A stretch of 64,000 nt of DNA from assembly GCA_001179505.1 (NCBI GenBank), contig CDMY01000454.1, positions 9,520-73,519 on the forward strand, in the 5' to 3' direction. This DNA is from Vitrella brassicaformis CCMP3155 (Eukaryota > Protista > Chromerida). Below, piece after piece: positions 48,762-61,900 of this stretch. Under the pieces are notes generated by a model. That model was not told the origin of the DNA and made no database searches. It saw only the letters and a program-made list of their open reading frames with translations. The position numbers and the translations under genes are program-made. Within the stretch, counting starts at the first letter, position 1, and every line of letters starts with the position of its first letter.

Positions 48762-48927
48762 GGAATCAGCCTCGGAAATCAACCGCGTGTTTGTGCAGAG
48801 GGAGTTCGCTATCGTCAAGACGGGGGGGGATGGGGGCTGAAAGATCGCGCGCGTTGGTTTGGTTTCGGTTGAGACCCGAGTCTTTGGCGTGCGCATCACC
48901 AACGCGTCTCCGTCAGCCATCCACAGA

Positions 48928-51900
48928 ATGGGCTCCGGCCTTTCATCCATCTCGCTGCGGCTACCCAAGGCGGCTGGAAGACGTTGTGCCAGAGACGATG
49001 AGGCCACTGAGAGGTGGGCAAGACGACAGTGTGCAAACACACAGGCGTAAGCAGCATGTGCACTGGCGCTAATTTGGGCTTCTTCCTCCGCCTTCCTGCG
49101 CAGCGTCCCGGGCAGGCAGGATGGCTCTTTGCAGATTCCGTCGGCAGAGGAGGGCAAGCCAAAGGCGACTCTTGACCAGCAAGGGACCATGGCGAGCAGC
49201 GGGCCTCGCCGCAAGAGCGTGACGGTGCCTGTGGTGGAGGGCGACTCTACCGTGAGATTTCAGGAGGTACCAAAGAAAGGATGCACTTTGGCATGAATGG
49301 CTGCATGGCCTGGCAATACATTCATGTGTGTAGGTCACGCTGCCCACGACGCGTACTCTACTTCAGTTGCGTATCGAGAAGGTGCCGAATTGCACCATCC
49401 CCATCCATCCATACTCCAACGTGAGCAAGATATGGAGCGTCGCTGTAGCCATCCTGCTGAGTGAGTGAGGGAGGGAGAGAAGAGGAGTGGATGTGCACAG
49501 ACCACATGCACCGACACAAACATGCCATGTGTCTCCTATGCGTGTGCGCGCGTCAGTGTATACGGCGTCGGTCATGCCTTATCGGATCTGTTTCCTCGAG
49601 ATCACCAAGAGGGGCGATTTCAGCAACCCATGGACGACGATTGAGATTATCGTTGACGTGGGATTCTTCACCGACGTCATAATGAACTTTAATACAGGGT
49701 GGGCGCTTACGTTAAAAGTTCATTCATTCCACCCTCGCCCGGAAAGAGAGGAATGGACGTACTTACATTTGTCGACGTGCTGATGTGTCTGCAGGTATTT
49801 TGATAGCGAAGGGAATGCTGTCATGGACAGCAGAGAGATCGCCAAGAACTATGCCATGACATGGTATGAAATGCGCCTCACAAAGACAAGCGTGGGAAGT
49901 CATGTCTCTCCGCCTGTAGGTTCCTCCCTGATCTCATTGCGTGTCTGCCGTTCACTTGGCTGTCGGGGTCTGGCGAGTCGGAAGACACCAAGGAATTCGA
50001 CTGGAACAAACTCGCACGGTGACCGCCCCACGTATGCGCTTTGCCATCGTGTGAGACGTCTTCTCTATGATCTTCTCTGCAGGCTGGGTGTTCTGAATCG
50101 TGTCTTTCGAATGCTGAAAATCCTCCGCCTCTTCAGGCTTGTCAAGGTGATGCAGAGCCCATACGAAGCGACAATGCTGTCTGTCCACTTCATTTAACGC
50201 GTCTTGTTCCTGACCAGGTGCTAAAGATATTCAAGAAAATCGAAGACATCACTGCAGGCGCCACCATGGAACAAGCCAGACTTTTTGGATTTCTCAAGTT
50301 TTTATGTGGGATGCTGGTCTTCGTTCACGTCATCGGTTGCTTCTGGTACTTCTCGGTCGGTGAGGGAGTATACATTCCTGAGAGCATCTTCACTGCTGTG
50401 TGGCTTTGCACGGTGCCCCAGGCTCGTCTTGCGAATTTTCACGATGACACGTGGGTGGTGCGCCACTTTTCTCAGGGCATTATCGGCAATGAGGAGGCGC
50501 ACAAGGAGTTCTCACTGGCGTCAAAGTACCTCGCGTCAATCTACTTCGTAAACAGACAGAAGGGACACTGAGTGTCTGATGGCCCGGACAATGTGGGCGC
50601 GTGCGCGCCTGTAGGTGTTGGCCACGCTGACCACCATCGGGTTTGCCGATATAATCCCCTTCACGAATGCGGAATACTGCTTCGTCTTTGCTTTGATGTG
50701 CACTGGGGTGGGTGAGACACAAGGGCTATCGACAGACAGAGACACGCATGTACGCTGTGTGTCCTCCCTGCACAGGTCGCCTTCTACACGACCTCCATCT
50801 CGACCCTCACCAATGTCCTCTTCTCCAGAGACGCGAGGCAGCAAGCTCTTAAGGAGAAGTGAAGACACACACACAATCAGCCAGCTAAGCGTATTTTTGC
50901 ATCATTTAAGTGTCTGTCCTTGAATGTGTTTTCCTGAAGGCAGTTGGTGCTCAAGACCTTCGCCTCTGAGACACGACTGCCACGTGACACATACCAGGAG
51001 CTCAACCGAAACCTCGAGCACCTCACGGTCAGTCAGTGGGACACTCGCTGCATTGGGCGGCATTGCGTGGAAGTGGCTTGCCCGTTTATTGTTCTGTGAT
51101 ACAGCACAAAGGGATGACCTCGGACATCCGTCGGGCCTATAACGCCCTAATGCAGGAGTTTCCCATCCGTGACCGATACAGGATGGCCTGTGCCATGCAC
51201 CAAGGCAAGCACACCAGCACGTGCAGATGCATGCGGATCACCCCAACGCAGAATAGTGGGAGAGAGTGTGTGTGTGTGTGTGTGTCAGGTCGGCACATGG
51301 AGATTCCCTTCTTCGCTGACCGCAAGGACGACGAGCTGTCTATTGCCATGGTAAGGAGAGTGAACCAGGGAATGGGATACACACACATCCGGTCAGTGTT
51401 CCTTGTATGACGACTGACTGATAGGTGGCCCCTCGTCTCCGTCTGGTTCAGTTCCTTCCAATGGAGATCATCTACCACAGAGGGGACCACCCTGGTCAGC
51501 TTGCCAACGCCTCAGCTCTTGTTCACAAGCTTGTTCACAAGCCTAATCGCGCGTTCTGTGCTGTCATTTTGCATGTGTCTCTTCCTCAGTGAATTGTTAC
51601 TTCCTCTGCAAGGGCACGGTGGGCTATCTGAGCGGCGGCGAGTGGGGACACTTTCCTTACCAGCTGCTGCCAGTAAGAGGGGGAGAGAAGAATGCATGGA
51701 GCACCATAGCGACACTGAATGGTGTGCGTCCCGGCTGACTCACTCAGCACGGATCGTATTTTGGTGAGAGTGAGATCATGGTCCCGGCCAAGAGACAGTA
51801 CACGGTCAGAGCGGAAACCAAATCCGAGTGCCTCGTCATCTCAAAAAAGGTACACAGACATTCCATCCTCTATACTTTGATGTACTTCGTGGCATTGCTT

Positions 51901-53725
51901 GTGGATCCTGTCCTGCAGGATCTCTTCACGGTTTTTCTTGAGTTTCCTGAAATCGCCGCTGAGCTCCGTGAGACGGCATTGGCGAGGGAGGAGAAGGCAA
52001 GAAAACGATCGATGCTTACGAGAAGGTGACACTGCATGTCTGCTGAAGACTCGCATCCCAGGACGATTTACTTTGTTTGTCTCCTTCTTAGGGCCCCGCG
52101 TAGCCCATCCCGCAAGAGGACGATGGAGCGGCGGTCGCAGTCGTGCCTCGACATCGGCTATGAGAGCTCGTCTCTCTTCCTGGAGAGCCCCCCCGGTCCC
52201 CTGTCAGCCGTCTCGCCTGTGGCAAAAAGGCAGGAGGAGCCGCGGACAGTACCAGTCAAGCTCAGGCAGAAGAGCGCCACTGAGGACCTGACGAGCTCGG
52301 CCTCGTCCAGTGCGGTTGCCACTGCTGACACCGATGGGGACCCGGTGCTCAGTAAGAGTGCGGTGGAGACCGGGAAGGAGATGGAGGGACCTGGGCAGAG
52401 GTAAGAATAGATAGACAGGAATGTGGTCAAGGCCAATCCGTGTCTCGACTGTTGGTGGCTTCCAATCAGGTCCACCATCCGCACTGTGTCCTTCACTCCC
52501 GGCGACACGCAAGCACCAAGCCGTCCGGCCGGCCGTCAGAAGCAAGAGGCCCCCCTGCACAGCAGCCCTCCTCCCATGCTCACCGGCACGTCCGCTCATC
52601 CCCCCACACCCTGCAATGAGCAGGACGGAGACACCACCCCTTTGTGGGTGCAGGAGCTCGTCACGAGTGCCGTCATAGAGCAGACTGATGCTGATGCTCC
52701 CGTGCCTTGTGCCGACAGGCAGGAGACACAGTTCTTGTGTGGCGGGTCGTCTCATGCGCATCTTGTCGAGGTGCCCACGAGGGCGCCCACTGTTGAGGAC
52801 GTGCCGGTGTTGCACAGCGAACCGGTCACGGGGCGGGCTGGGTCGATGGCTGGTGCTCAAATGGCGGGTATGTTCAAATGGGAAGGAGCGCGGACCACCA
52901 ATCCCCTGTTTCGGAGCTTCCATCAATCCGCCGACGAGTCCCGGCGGTAAGGCACTGCTGTCTCTCTCTGTGTGCGTGTTCATGTGTCTTTGTCTGTGTG
53001 TCTGTCTGTGTCTGTCTGTGTGTCTAGTGGTTCTGCCAGCGACTTGCAGCTGGGTGCTCTGCATCCTCCTGTCCTTCCGCAGAGTGTGTCTGAGAGACTC
53101 GTCAAGTATGACAACAATGCTGGAGCGAGCAGTGACCTGGCGTCTCCATCGAGGGCTGGTGTGCCGACATCGACGGCCATACTGGCGGGATGCACGGCGT
53201 CACTCAAGATCATCCAGGAGGTGAGCGACCACAGCAGTGGATGCACTGCACACATCCGATGAGGCGTCCGTCATGTCTCATCGGATGTGGTCATGTCTCC
53301 TATGGGGTGTGTGGGTGTGATGGATCCATTTGTTCCCTGATGCAGGAGTGCGACAGAGTGCGGAAGGCCTTGGATGACAAGGCGGCTACGCATACGGGGG
53401 GTGGTGATGCTCTGGGGATGGCTGACGTACTAGCCAGACTGACCAACATCGAGGCACAGGTGTGCAAGAGAGGATGCATCGCATCCAACGCATGATATCA
53501 TGCACGGGCAGGGGTGTGTGTGTGGGTGCGCATTTGTGTAGATTCGGGTGGCCTCGTCGTGGCAGAAGGCCTTCACCGAATCGCAGGTGAGTCAGTCGAA
53601 ACTGGGGCAGCGTACGTGCGCAGGGTGTGCTAAGTGTGTCTCTCTGGCAGATCGAGGTCATTAATTTCCTGAAGGGATTAGACTTCAACTTGCAGATGAT
53701 CTTGGCAGTAGTCAATAGAGACTGA
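48928..53725 (+). CDS. Cyclic-nucleotide-binding-domain cation/K+ channel (EAG/HCN/CNG-like), multi-exon
   Basis: S1-S6 (IHPYSNVSKIW, DVIMNFNTGYFD, IAKNYAMTWFLPDLIACLPF, S4 RVFRMLKILRLFRLVK), pore YLASIYFVLATLTTIGFADIIP, C-linker and CNBD (EIIYHRGD..LYFLCKGTV..GESEI..RQYTVRAETKSECLVISKKDL). Confidence 0.9.
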
Positions 53726-54356
53726 CTAGCTATTTCGTGGGTGTGACTGGGTGTGTTGTGTGATGCTTCCCGCATAGACAGACAGATGTCTTTATGTGTG
53801 TACTGTACTGCACTCCCCGAGGCCGCCCGGCGCTGCCATCATTTTGGCTGTGCATGGTCGACGGTGCGTTATAGACAGTTCTCCCAGAATGCCATGGCAT
53901 GAGGATGATGCATATTGAATTAAGCGTCGCGAGGCCAACATGCATGTGGGTCAGCACATCCAATTGTCTCATCTGCCGGCAGCTCGTTCATGACCACCTG
54001 GTTGCCGTCTCTGCGCTCCCATTGGCAACGGTTCTAGATCTACGCATCAACGCGCAGACCTAGAAAGGTCACCAAGAGGAGCGTCACGGTACCAGGCAGT
54101 CTGATGAAAGCCGCCCGTCCATCATCCAATTATCCGACCGTTGCATAGCTTGACGAAAGAAAAAACATGACCATGTACACCACACACTCCACACCCACTC
54201 CGCCACACGCCGCCCTCTCTCTTCTCGCTGGCTGGCTGGCTCGCTGCATTGCATGGTTGCGATGGATGCACTTACAAGACCAGCCGGCAAAACTCGCGTG
54301 CATCCATCCATCCATCAGCCGCCCACCCATGTGTGTGTATCCGTGTGTGTGTGAGA

Positions 54357-57259
54357 TCAGAGGTTGACGAGCAGGTACGAATGGCCATATCGCGGGAACA
54401 TCATGGGAGGACCTGCAACAAAACAAACGCAACGAACCAGGCACAGATGACGACCGACGGACCGACCGACCGAATGATTCACACATCTTTGTCTGCCCTG
54501 CCCACCCCGCCCCGCCGCACACACCTGCTTGCCACTCGTCCAGCTCTGGTCTGTAGAACTCCGTCGCGTTGAGCACGTCACCGTGCTGACCACCGCCAAC
54601 CTGTCAAAATAGATGAATGTGTCCATCCACACGTGTGTCACCTCACCCGGCCCTCAATGGCTCACCATGATGGAGTCCGAGATGACGACCGCGGCGCAGT
54701 CCATCCGCTGCAGCGTCATGCTCTTGCGGAAACTCCAATTCTGCAAGGATGACATGTGCAGGTGTTTGTTGGCGGGCTTGGTTTTGTGGCTGTGTGTGGT
54801 TGTAGCTAAGCTCACGAGTGTGTCGGGGTCGAGGACTTCGAGCGAGTCGTGCACCTGCTGGCTGTTGTCCGTCCCGCCCAACGAATACACGTGGTTCAGG
54901 CAACTCACCGACGAACCCGCTGACCGCACCTGTGTGACCGCCCCACACCACCCCACACCGCCCATCCGTGATTGTAGTGCAGCCCGCCATCCATCCCATG
55001 TATCTATCTATCGCACCTCAATCATGTCAGCGCTGAATGCCTCCCACTTGTTCATGCGGGCCTCGTACGTCTCGACGGTCCGCAGACGCTCACCACGGGT
55101 GCCACCCAACACGAACAAACGATCACCTGCAGGCAGGCGGCATCACACACTCCCTTGAGCACCCACCCATCGTGTGAGTCGCTTCCTGTGCCTCCATGTG
55201 TGTGTACCCTGGACGGAGCAGAGGGCGGACGATCGGGGCGTGGTGAGGGGTGTGATCTCCATCCAGTTCTTCATGCGGGGGTCGTAGCTCTCAACAGAAC
55301 TCAAAATGTTGGCACCGTCAAAGCCGCCTATCGCAAACAACCTGCATACACTCTCACAGATCCCTATTACGTCTTGTCTTATGGGGGCATGATGTGGCCG
55401 TCATCTGTGCCACCAGCGGACCTCTCGCCGAGCGCCGCGCCGCAGGTGTTCCTCCTGGGCACGTTGAGGGACGGCCCGAGCATCCAGTTGTCACGCAAAC
55501 AGTCGTACACCTCGGTCTCACACAAGGCCTACACAAACACGTGACGCCCATCCATCCATCCATCCATCTCTGGCAACCTCCCTCCTTGGCCCCTGTGTTG
55601 GTACCTTACCTTGTAGTCGAGGTTCTGTCCCCCATAGACGTAGAGGCGGTTGTGCAGCACCGCAGACCCGAAATACGTCCTTTCTGATTCAATGAACGGA
55701 AGCGCAGAGCAGATGTGAGGCTTGTGTGTGTGCGTGTGTGCCTGGCTTGGTGAGGTGGCTGCCTACCGGTGGTCATGGGTCTGCATGGCCTCCAGCACTG
55801 CTGGCCGACGTCCAGCACCTCCATCGCCCGCAGATGCTCCATCCCGTTGTGCCCGCCGACAGCAAACACTGCACAAGTCAATGCACACCATGTGTCTGTT
55901 TCGATCTTAAGAGGCAGTGTGTGTGGCTGTGCCGTGGTGAGAGCCTACCGAGGCTGAAGGGGAAGAAGCGAATGCCGTAGAACTCCGCCTCCTTGCACAC
56001 CGACACACTCTCAGAATCGTCCCTGTGCGCACACAACCCACCACAGGATCAGTACCTCAATCAGTCAATCAATTGACCTGACCACCCTTTTGTGCTCTCT
56101 CTGCCTGCCCATCCTGGCTGGCACATCACCTACCTGGGTGTGGGCGGCACGGCGGGGTTTCTGAGGAAGTTGAGGACGACGCGGAACAGCTCACTGTCGC
56201 GATCGATGAAGATGCGGCCTTGCCTGTCATTGCAGTGCGCACATGACATATACAGACCGATCCATTGGCCAGAATCAGAGCGTGTGTGTGTGGGCACCTG
56301 TCTCTGCTGACGGGGTGTCTTCCGCTGAGCAGCGCCTCGAGGTACGAGCCGCTCTGCTGGATGAGCGTGTGCCGGGACGTCTCGAATATCACTCCACCCA
56401 CATTCAAATCGACCATCGTCTCAGCAGCTACACACACACACAGCAGCCACGCACCAGCCATACAGATGCAAGGAAAACCTTCATGTGCTCTCCTTGGGTG
56501 TGAGGGCTCTCCCTGACTTTACTTACCGATGTTGCTGTCTACGATCCGCCTCCTCTCGACCTCAAAGGCCTCGTACTCCTGTCGGAACTTCTCCCTTTCG
56601 AGAAGGTGCTTGCGCCGCTGCTGCTCCTTCTCCTGGTCGAGCTTGCCGCGCTCCTCGTTGATCTTGCGGCGGGCGTCCTCCCGCTCGATCTGCACCTGCT
56701 TCAACGCTGTCATCATCTCACTCTCGGCCTTACGACGCTCCTCCTACACACACAATCACACACACACACAGGGAGGGAGAGAGAGAGAGAGAGAGAGAGA
56801 GGACCAGAGGGAGCCAATGCACCGCAGTGGAATGTGACGCCCCCCGACGCCCCGACTTGCCTTGATCTTCTCGTATTCGACGGTTTTCTCGGTCATGAAT
56901 TGCTTCCACACGCGCGCCTTCTCCTCCTCAAAAGACTGCCGCTCCTGCCGCAGCGTGTCCCGCTCCCGACGCAGGTCACTCTCGGTCTTCTTGAGCCAAC
57001 CGATGAACGTCCGCCGCAGGTCGCCAACCATCGTCTCGAAGTCTTCAGGCGAGGCGAACGACGAACTGCTGGCGCCCGCGGCGCCACCCCCTGGCGGCTT
57101 CTCGTTGAGCACTGTGGACGGGAGCGGCATACCGGGAGGGGAAGAGCCCGCCACGCTGCCGGGCAGCCCTGGGCCGGCATTAGAGGCAAAGGGCGACACC
57201 GATGGGGCGCCTCCGCCAGGAGTGGTCTTGAAGGGCACGCTGTTGAAGGCCGACATCAT
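54357..57259 (-). CDS. K13: Kelch13 orthologue (coiled coil - BTB/POZ - 6-blade kelch propeller); an in-frame upstream ATG also exists at 57391
   Basis: FETMVGDLRRTFIGWLKK, IVDSNIAAETMVDLNVGGVIFETSRHTL, GRIFIDRDSELFR, QQCWRPCRPM, YDPRMKNW..TPRSSALC and PRYGHS align collinearly with P. falciparum K13 as recalled. Confidence 0.95.
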
Positions 57260-57424
57260 CGCATCCTTTTCCCTCCCGTCGCGAAGGCGAGCTTTTTGGT
57301 GATCTTCCACTGTGTTTGTTGATATCTGGGCACTCGCGAGATCTGGAGGACCGAATCTATCATCGTCTGTGGAGAAAAATACTGACGGCATCTCTTGAGC
57401 TGCACCTTCCTTGTTGTCGTAGCG

Positions 57425-57965
57425 ATGTCGGCTGATGACGGGTGTCTGCCGCCGCCTTGCAAGAAGGCGCGATACGAGGCTCCGCAGGTAGAGGCGGGGG
57501 AAACGAATGCATAGCTGGGGGTGGGTGAAGATTGGCAGAATTCATGGCTGGATGGATGGAAGGATGTGATGTGGTATGACCGGTGTCTGTGTCTGTCTGT
57601 CAGGCTAGTGTGAGCTCCGTAGATGGTTCCTTGAGCGATGCGTTCCGCAACCAGCTGCTCGACACGCTGCGGATGCAGGTATGAATCTTGACACAACCCG
57701 CAACATGCACACACTGGAGGAGAGGCGACCGACACATGCCGCTGTCTTGTGTCTGTCAGGTTCGCCAGCTGCAGACCCAGCAAGCTAACGACAAAAAAAA
57801 CGCGGGCCAGTCCGACAAGGTGCGTCGCGAGAGAACCCCTGCAGATCCACATGTCTTCATTGTCACCGTTCGTGTGTTTGTGTGTGTGTGCATCATCAGG
57901 TGGCGCATCAGCAGCTGCAGATGGCGCACGGCATGCTCCGATCCCTCGAACAGGAGCACCAGTGA
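57425..57965 (+). CDS. Small 4-exon protein (~87 aa) with an NLS-like motif and a Gln-rich coiled coil
   Basis: MSADDGCLPPPCKKARYEAPQ|ASVSSVDGSLSDAFRNQLLDTLRMQ|VRQLQTQQANDKKNAGQSDK|VAHQQLQMAHGMLRSLEQEHQ*. All three introns are GT-AG, phase 0. Confidence 0.6.
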
Positions 57966-58968
57966 ACTGACTGACCGAGGGAGCCAAGGAAGGGCCCGAT
58001 GGATGGATGGATGGATGGATGGATGGATAGATAGCCGTGTATGTGTATCGATGCCGTAACATTTGGGATGATGAGAGAGTGGGGGGCCGGGGGGTGAGAG
58101 AGGGTGGACGGTAGAGCAGCAGGGCCCATGGATGGCCTCCAGTGCATTGGTCCATTCATCCGATAGCCGGATTGCCCTGTCGCCCGTGCATACCACCAGC
58201 TGCCGAGTGAGTGAGGGTGCGAGCGACAGAGAGAGAGGCATCGCAATCGCACCCCCTATTGTGCATACCGAGATAGCTAATCTTACGTGGCATTCTCCAT
58301 GGATGGATGGATGATGGGTGCGGTTGGTGTGGATGTGCAGCACATAGAGCCGGCAGCCGCCCTGCTTTTGCATAGTGGTCTGTTTCCCTTTTGTCTGGTG
58401 GTTTTGGGGGTATACCTACCTGAATGCGTCAGTCAATGCGTGTGCATACTAAGACAGTTCGGTGTGTGTGGGGGTCGGGCTGTGTGTAGCTAGCTACTAC
58501 CCAGTGAGATGCAGAGAGCGTCCTGGTGTGTCCAGTGGGCTGAACGGTGGGAGGTGGGGGTATCCGAGGCGCGAGCAGGCGATGGATGCAAGGCTCGAGG
58601 GCAGGCAGAGCAACCCGCTGCTTGAACCTTGTCCGTCTCCTGGTTTGGCCATTAGGTATCCTGACCTGCACCACTTATTGGACAGATAGAGAGACTGTGT
58701 GTAGGTGTGTAGACGGTGGGGGTGGCGTGATGAGGGGGACGGGACAGTACTGAGATTGGGTTAAGCCGTTGATTGATTCACTCAAGAACCTGGCCGTTCA
58801 ATCAATGCATCCGTCAAGTCGCTCTGCACACTGCACCTAAGCAACGCCAACCAAGCCACCTAGCCATCCAGCCCTCCCTCTAGTCTATCAACAGCACACG
58901 TCAAAACGTGGCAAGCGAGGCAAAGCCCCTCTATCTCTCTCTCTGGCTCTCCTGCCTGCCTCACTCAG

Positions 58969-61900
58969 TCAGTCAGTCATCGGCAGCACTTGCAGTGCAT
59001 CTCTAATCGCCTTCACCCCTTCAAAGAGCTTGCCCTCCTCCAGTTTGTCGAGTATGGCGGGCAGCACCTCCTGAGCCGCACGGCTCAGGTCCACGTAGAG
59101 CAGCTCCGGCGCTTCCTCCCGGTCGACCCTCACCGCCGGAGGCACCTCACCGCGGGGCTTCCTCTGACCACCACCACCACCACTACCACCACTGCCAGAC
59201 CCGCTGGAGATCGTCTTGCGGCCTGCACCAGCAGCAGCAACTGGGGGCATGTCATCGTCTTGGGCTCCGTCGTCTACGACAACACAGAGACATTGGCAGA
59301 GGTGTGTGTGTGTGTGTGTGTGTTCGGGTCAGATGTGTGTGGCTGTCGGCCTGACTGACTGACCGGCGTCATCGAGTGGCTCCGGGGGTCTATCGTAGAG
59401 TGTGATGAAGTTCTGTGACTTGAGGCGGAGCGCCGCGTTGAGGGCCTCGCCGTACTTGAGCTCGTCATCGCCCGAAAACAACTCGTTGCTGCGCACACAG
59501 ACACAGACATAGAGGAACGAAATCCCCGCACCCAGCGATCCGGCTCACTCACTTGGTGCATGTGTTGGCCAGCTCGGACATCCTGCGAGCAATCTGCAGA
59601 CAGACGCACGCACACCGACGCATAAATAAGTGTTTGTTACACCTGTGTGTGTGTGTGTGAAGTGTGTGTCGTACACACGTTGGGGAGTGTGATGTGGGTC
59701 CCCTCGCCCTGCTGGACCATGACCTTCTCCGACAGCAAAGAGTACAGGAACATCCTGACACGACACGAGCGGCCCCCGCTTTTGCACATCTATCGACGTG
59801 GTTCTCGATGTGCGTGCAGGTTCTCACTGCGACGACCATCCGAAGTTCTTGACGGCCCCCTCGGCGGGCTGACAAGGCAGACACAGACAGACAGAGCTGA
59901 ATAGGCAGGTGCTGACAGGGATTCCTCTCCTCGCCCGACGGCTCTCTCAGGTCAGCTCACGTGAGACTTAAGCTTGGCTACGGCTTCCTTCACTACCGAT
60001 ATCTGACCACAAGACCGACGAGGGCAGGGAGGGAGGGAGGGGCACACACCTTAGTGGCTCATCCTCACAGCGGGGGGCTGGCGTGTGGATGTCTGTCTGT
60101 CTGACCTGGACTTGTTTGCTGTCCGCAATGTCAACGGCCCACCTGCAGCAGACACGAGGCAACCAACACCCCACTGATGTATATGTGTGTGTGTGCATTC
60201 GTGGCCCCTCCCACTGCCTGCGGGTGACCTCGCCAGCTGCAGCAGTTTGCGGACGTCACCCTTGACCACCGGAATATCGACCAGAAACTTCAACGCGTCA
60301 CTGACACACACACACACACATAAAAGAGGGTGGCGACGGGCGCAGTGTGGCTGTGGGTGATCGTTCCCTGCACACCGCACGCACCTGGCAAATGTCTGTT
60401 CGAGCAGTGGTCCGAGTCGCTCTCTGAGTATCTGCTCACACTCGTCCTTGGTGTAAGGGCTGAAGACCACCTCTTGGAAACTCTCACCTGAACAGAAAGG
60501 CGGACCGACAAAAGCCAAATGGATGGATGGATGGATAGAGGCGAAAGCGCCCGTCCGTCCGCACGCACTTACTGCGCGAGTTGTTCTTGTCGATGAGTTG
60601 GCGGGGGACGCGGATGTCGTTGGATATCCCGATCTGCATACCATACGTGGCACATCACACCCAGGCGGTGTGTGCAGCGCATGCCTTTGTTGAATAAGTC
60701 AGTCACGACACCCCACCCCCCGGGCCCGCCTTCTTACGATGAACATTTTCGCGGCTTTGTTGCAGGCCAGGTCGAAGAGGTCGTACAGAGCTTTCTGCAC
60801 GGGAGGGAACAAAACGCCACATCACATCACACCACACCAGAGAAACACATCCCTCCCCCCCTCTCCCCCCCTCTCTCCCGCCCAGCCACCGACCTGCTGC
60901 CCCCGCATGCGGACTACAGCGTCAATCTCGTCAAGAACCAACACTCTGAATGAATGTGCACTCACACAGTAAGGCTCACATCAGAGTCTGTGTGAGTTGA
61001 GTGACTGCACATGTGGGGTGGGGTCGCTTACACGAGAGGCCGTTCATCAGCCGTGTCTTCGTTGGTCAGGTACGCCTTCAGCTGCTTGTGGGCCTCGGCG
61101 TCAGATACATCGTCACCCGTCAGCTACACACAGACACACACACACACACGAAGCACAAAGCACAAAGCAGCAAGGGCATGAGTGTGTTGTGCGAGAGGGA
61201 TTTGCACTGGTCGATGTGTGTATCTATCGATTGGCTCGGTCACCCCACCTCAACTCACTCACCTTGAAGTATACTTCTCGGTACAGCTGCTGTGGCCGCT
61301 TGTCCTCCATGCCGATGATCAGGTGAGACTCGAAACTATTCACACCCTGACCACACACATGTAATGACATGACATGACCCACGCACTCAGCTCCATTTAG
61401 TGCCTGGTGTGGTGTGGTGTGGTGTGGTGTGGTGTGCTGGCTACCTTCTGGTCCTTGAGGTCTCTGATGACCTTGTTGACGGTGGACGTCTTGCCGGTGC
61501 CCACCGAGCCGCCCAAAACTGATGGAGCAGGCAGGCACGCGACAGGGGAGGACACAAATCAACCAGCACCGCTTGTGGCTGAGTGTGTGTGTGTGGGTGG
61601 CCTACAGAGGACGGCCGCGCCGCGGTGGTCCTGCGTCAGAAACGTCTATTGGTGATACACAACACAACACAATACAAGACAACACAACGACACACAGCAA
61701 ACAATCCAATCAGTAGAGCTGGCCTGCCTTTCGTCGCCTGCCTCCCTCCCTCCCTCCCACCCTACCTCGATGTATCGCCGCACGTCCGTCTGCTGCTTCT
61801 CCCTGCCAGCCAGCCAGCCCACCCAGCAGCACACAAAGGTGTGGCGAGTCCAGTCCAGCCATGCAATCACCTGCCGGGCAGTTTCTCAGGCACGCCTGTG

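Noticed and set aside
57260-57424. K13 and the small gene with start codons only 34 nt apart
   Set aside because: ATG 57259 gives a spacing like the other pairs (~165 nt) and places the GCGAGCTTT motif upstream of the CDS, so overlap is not required.
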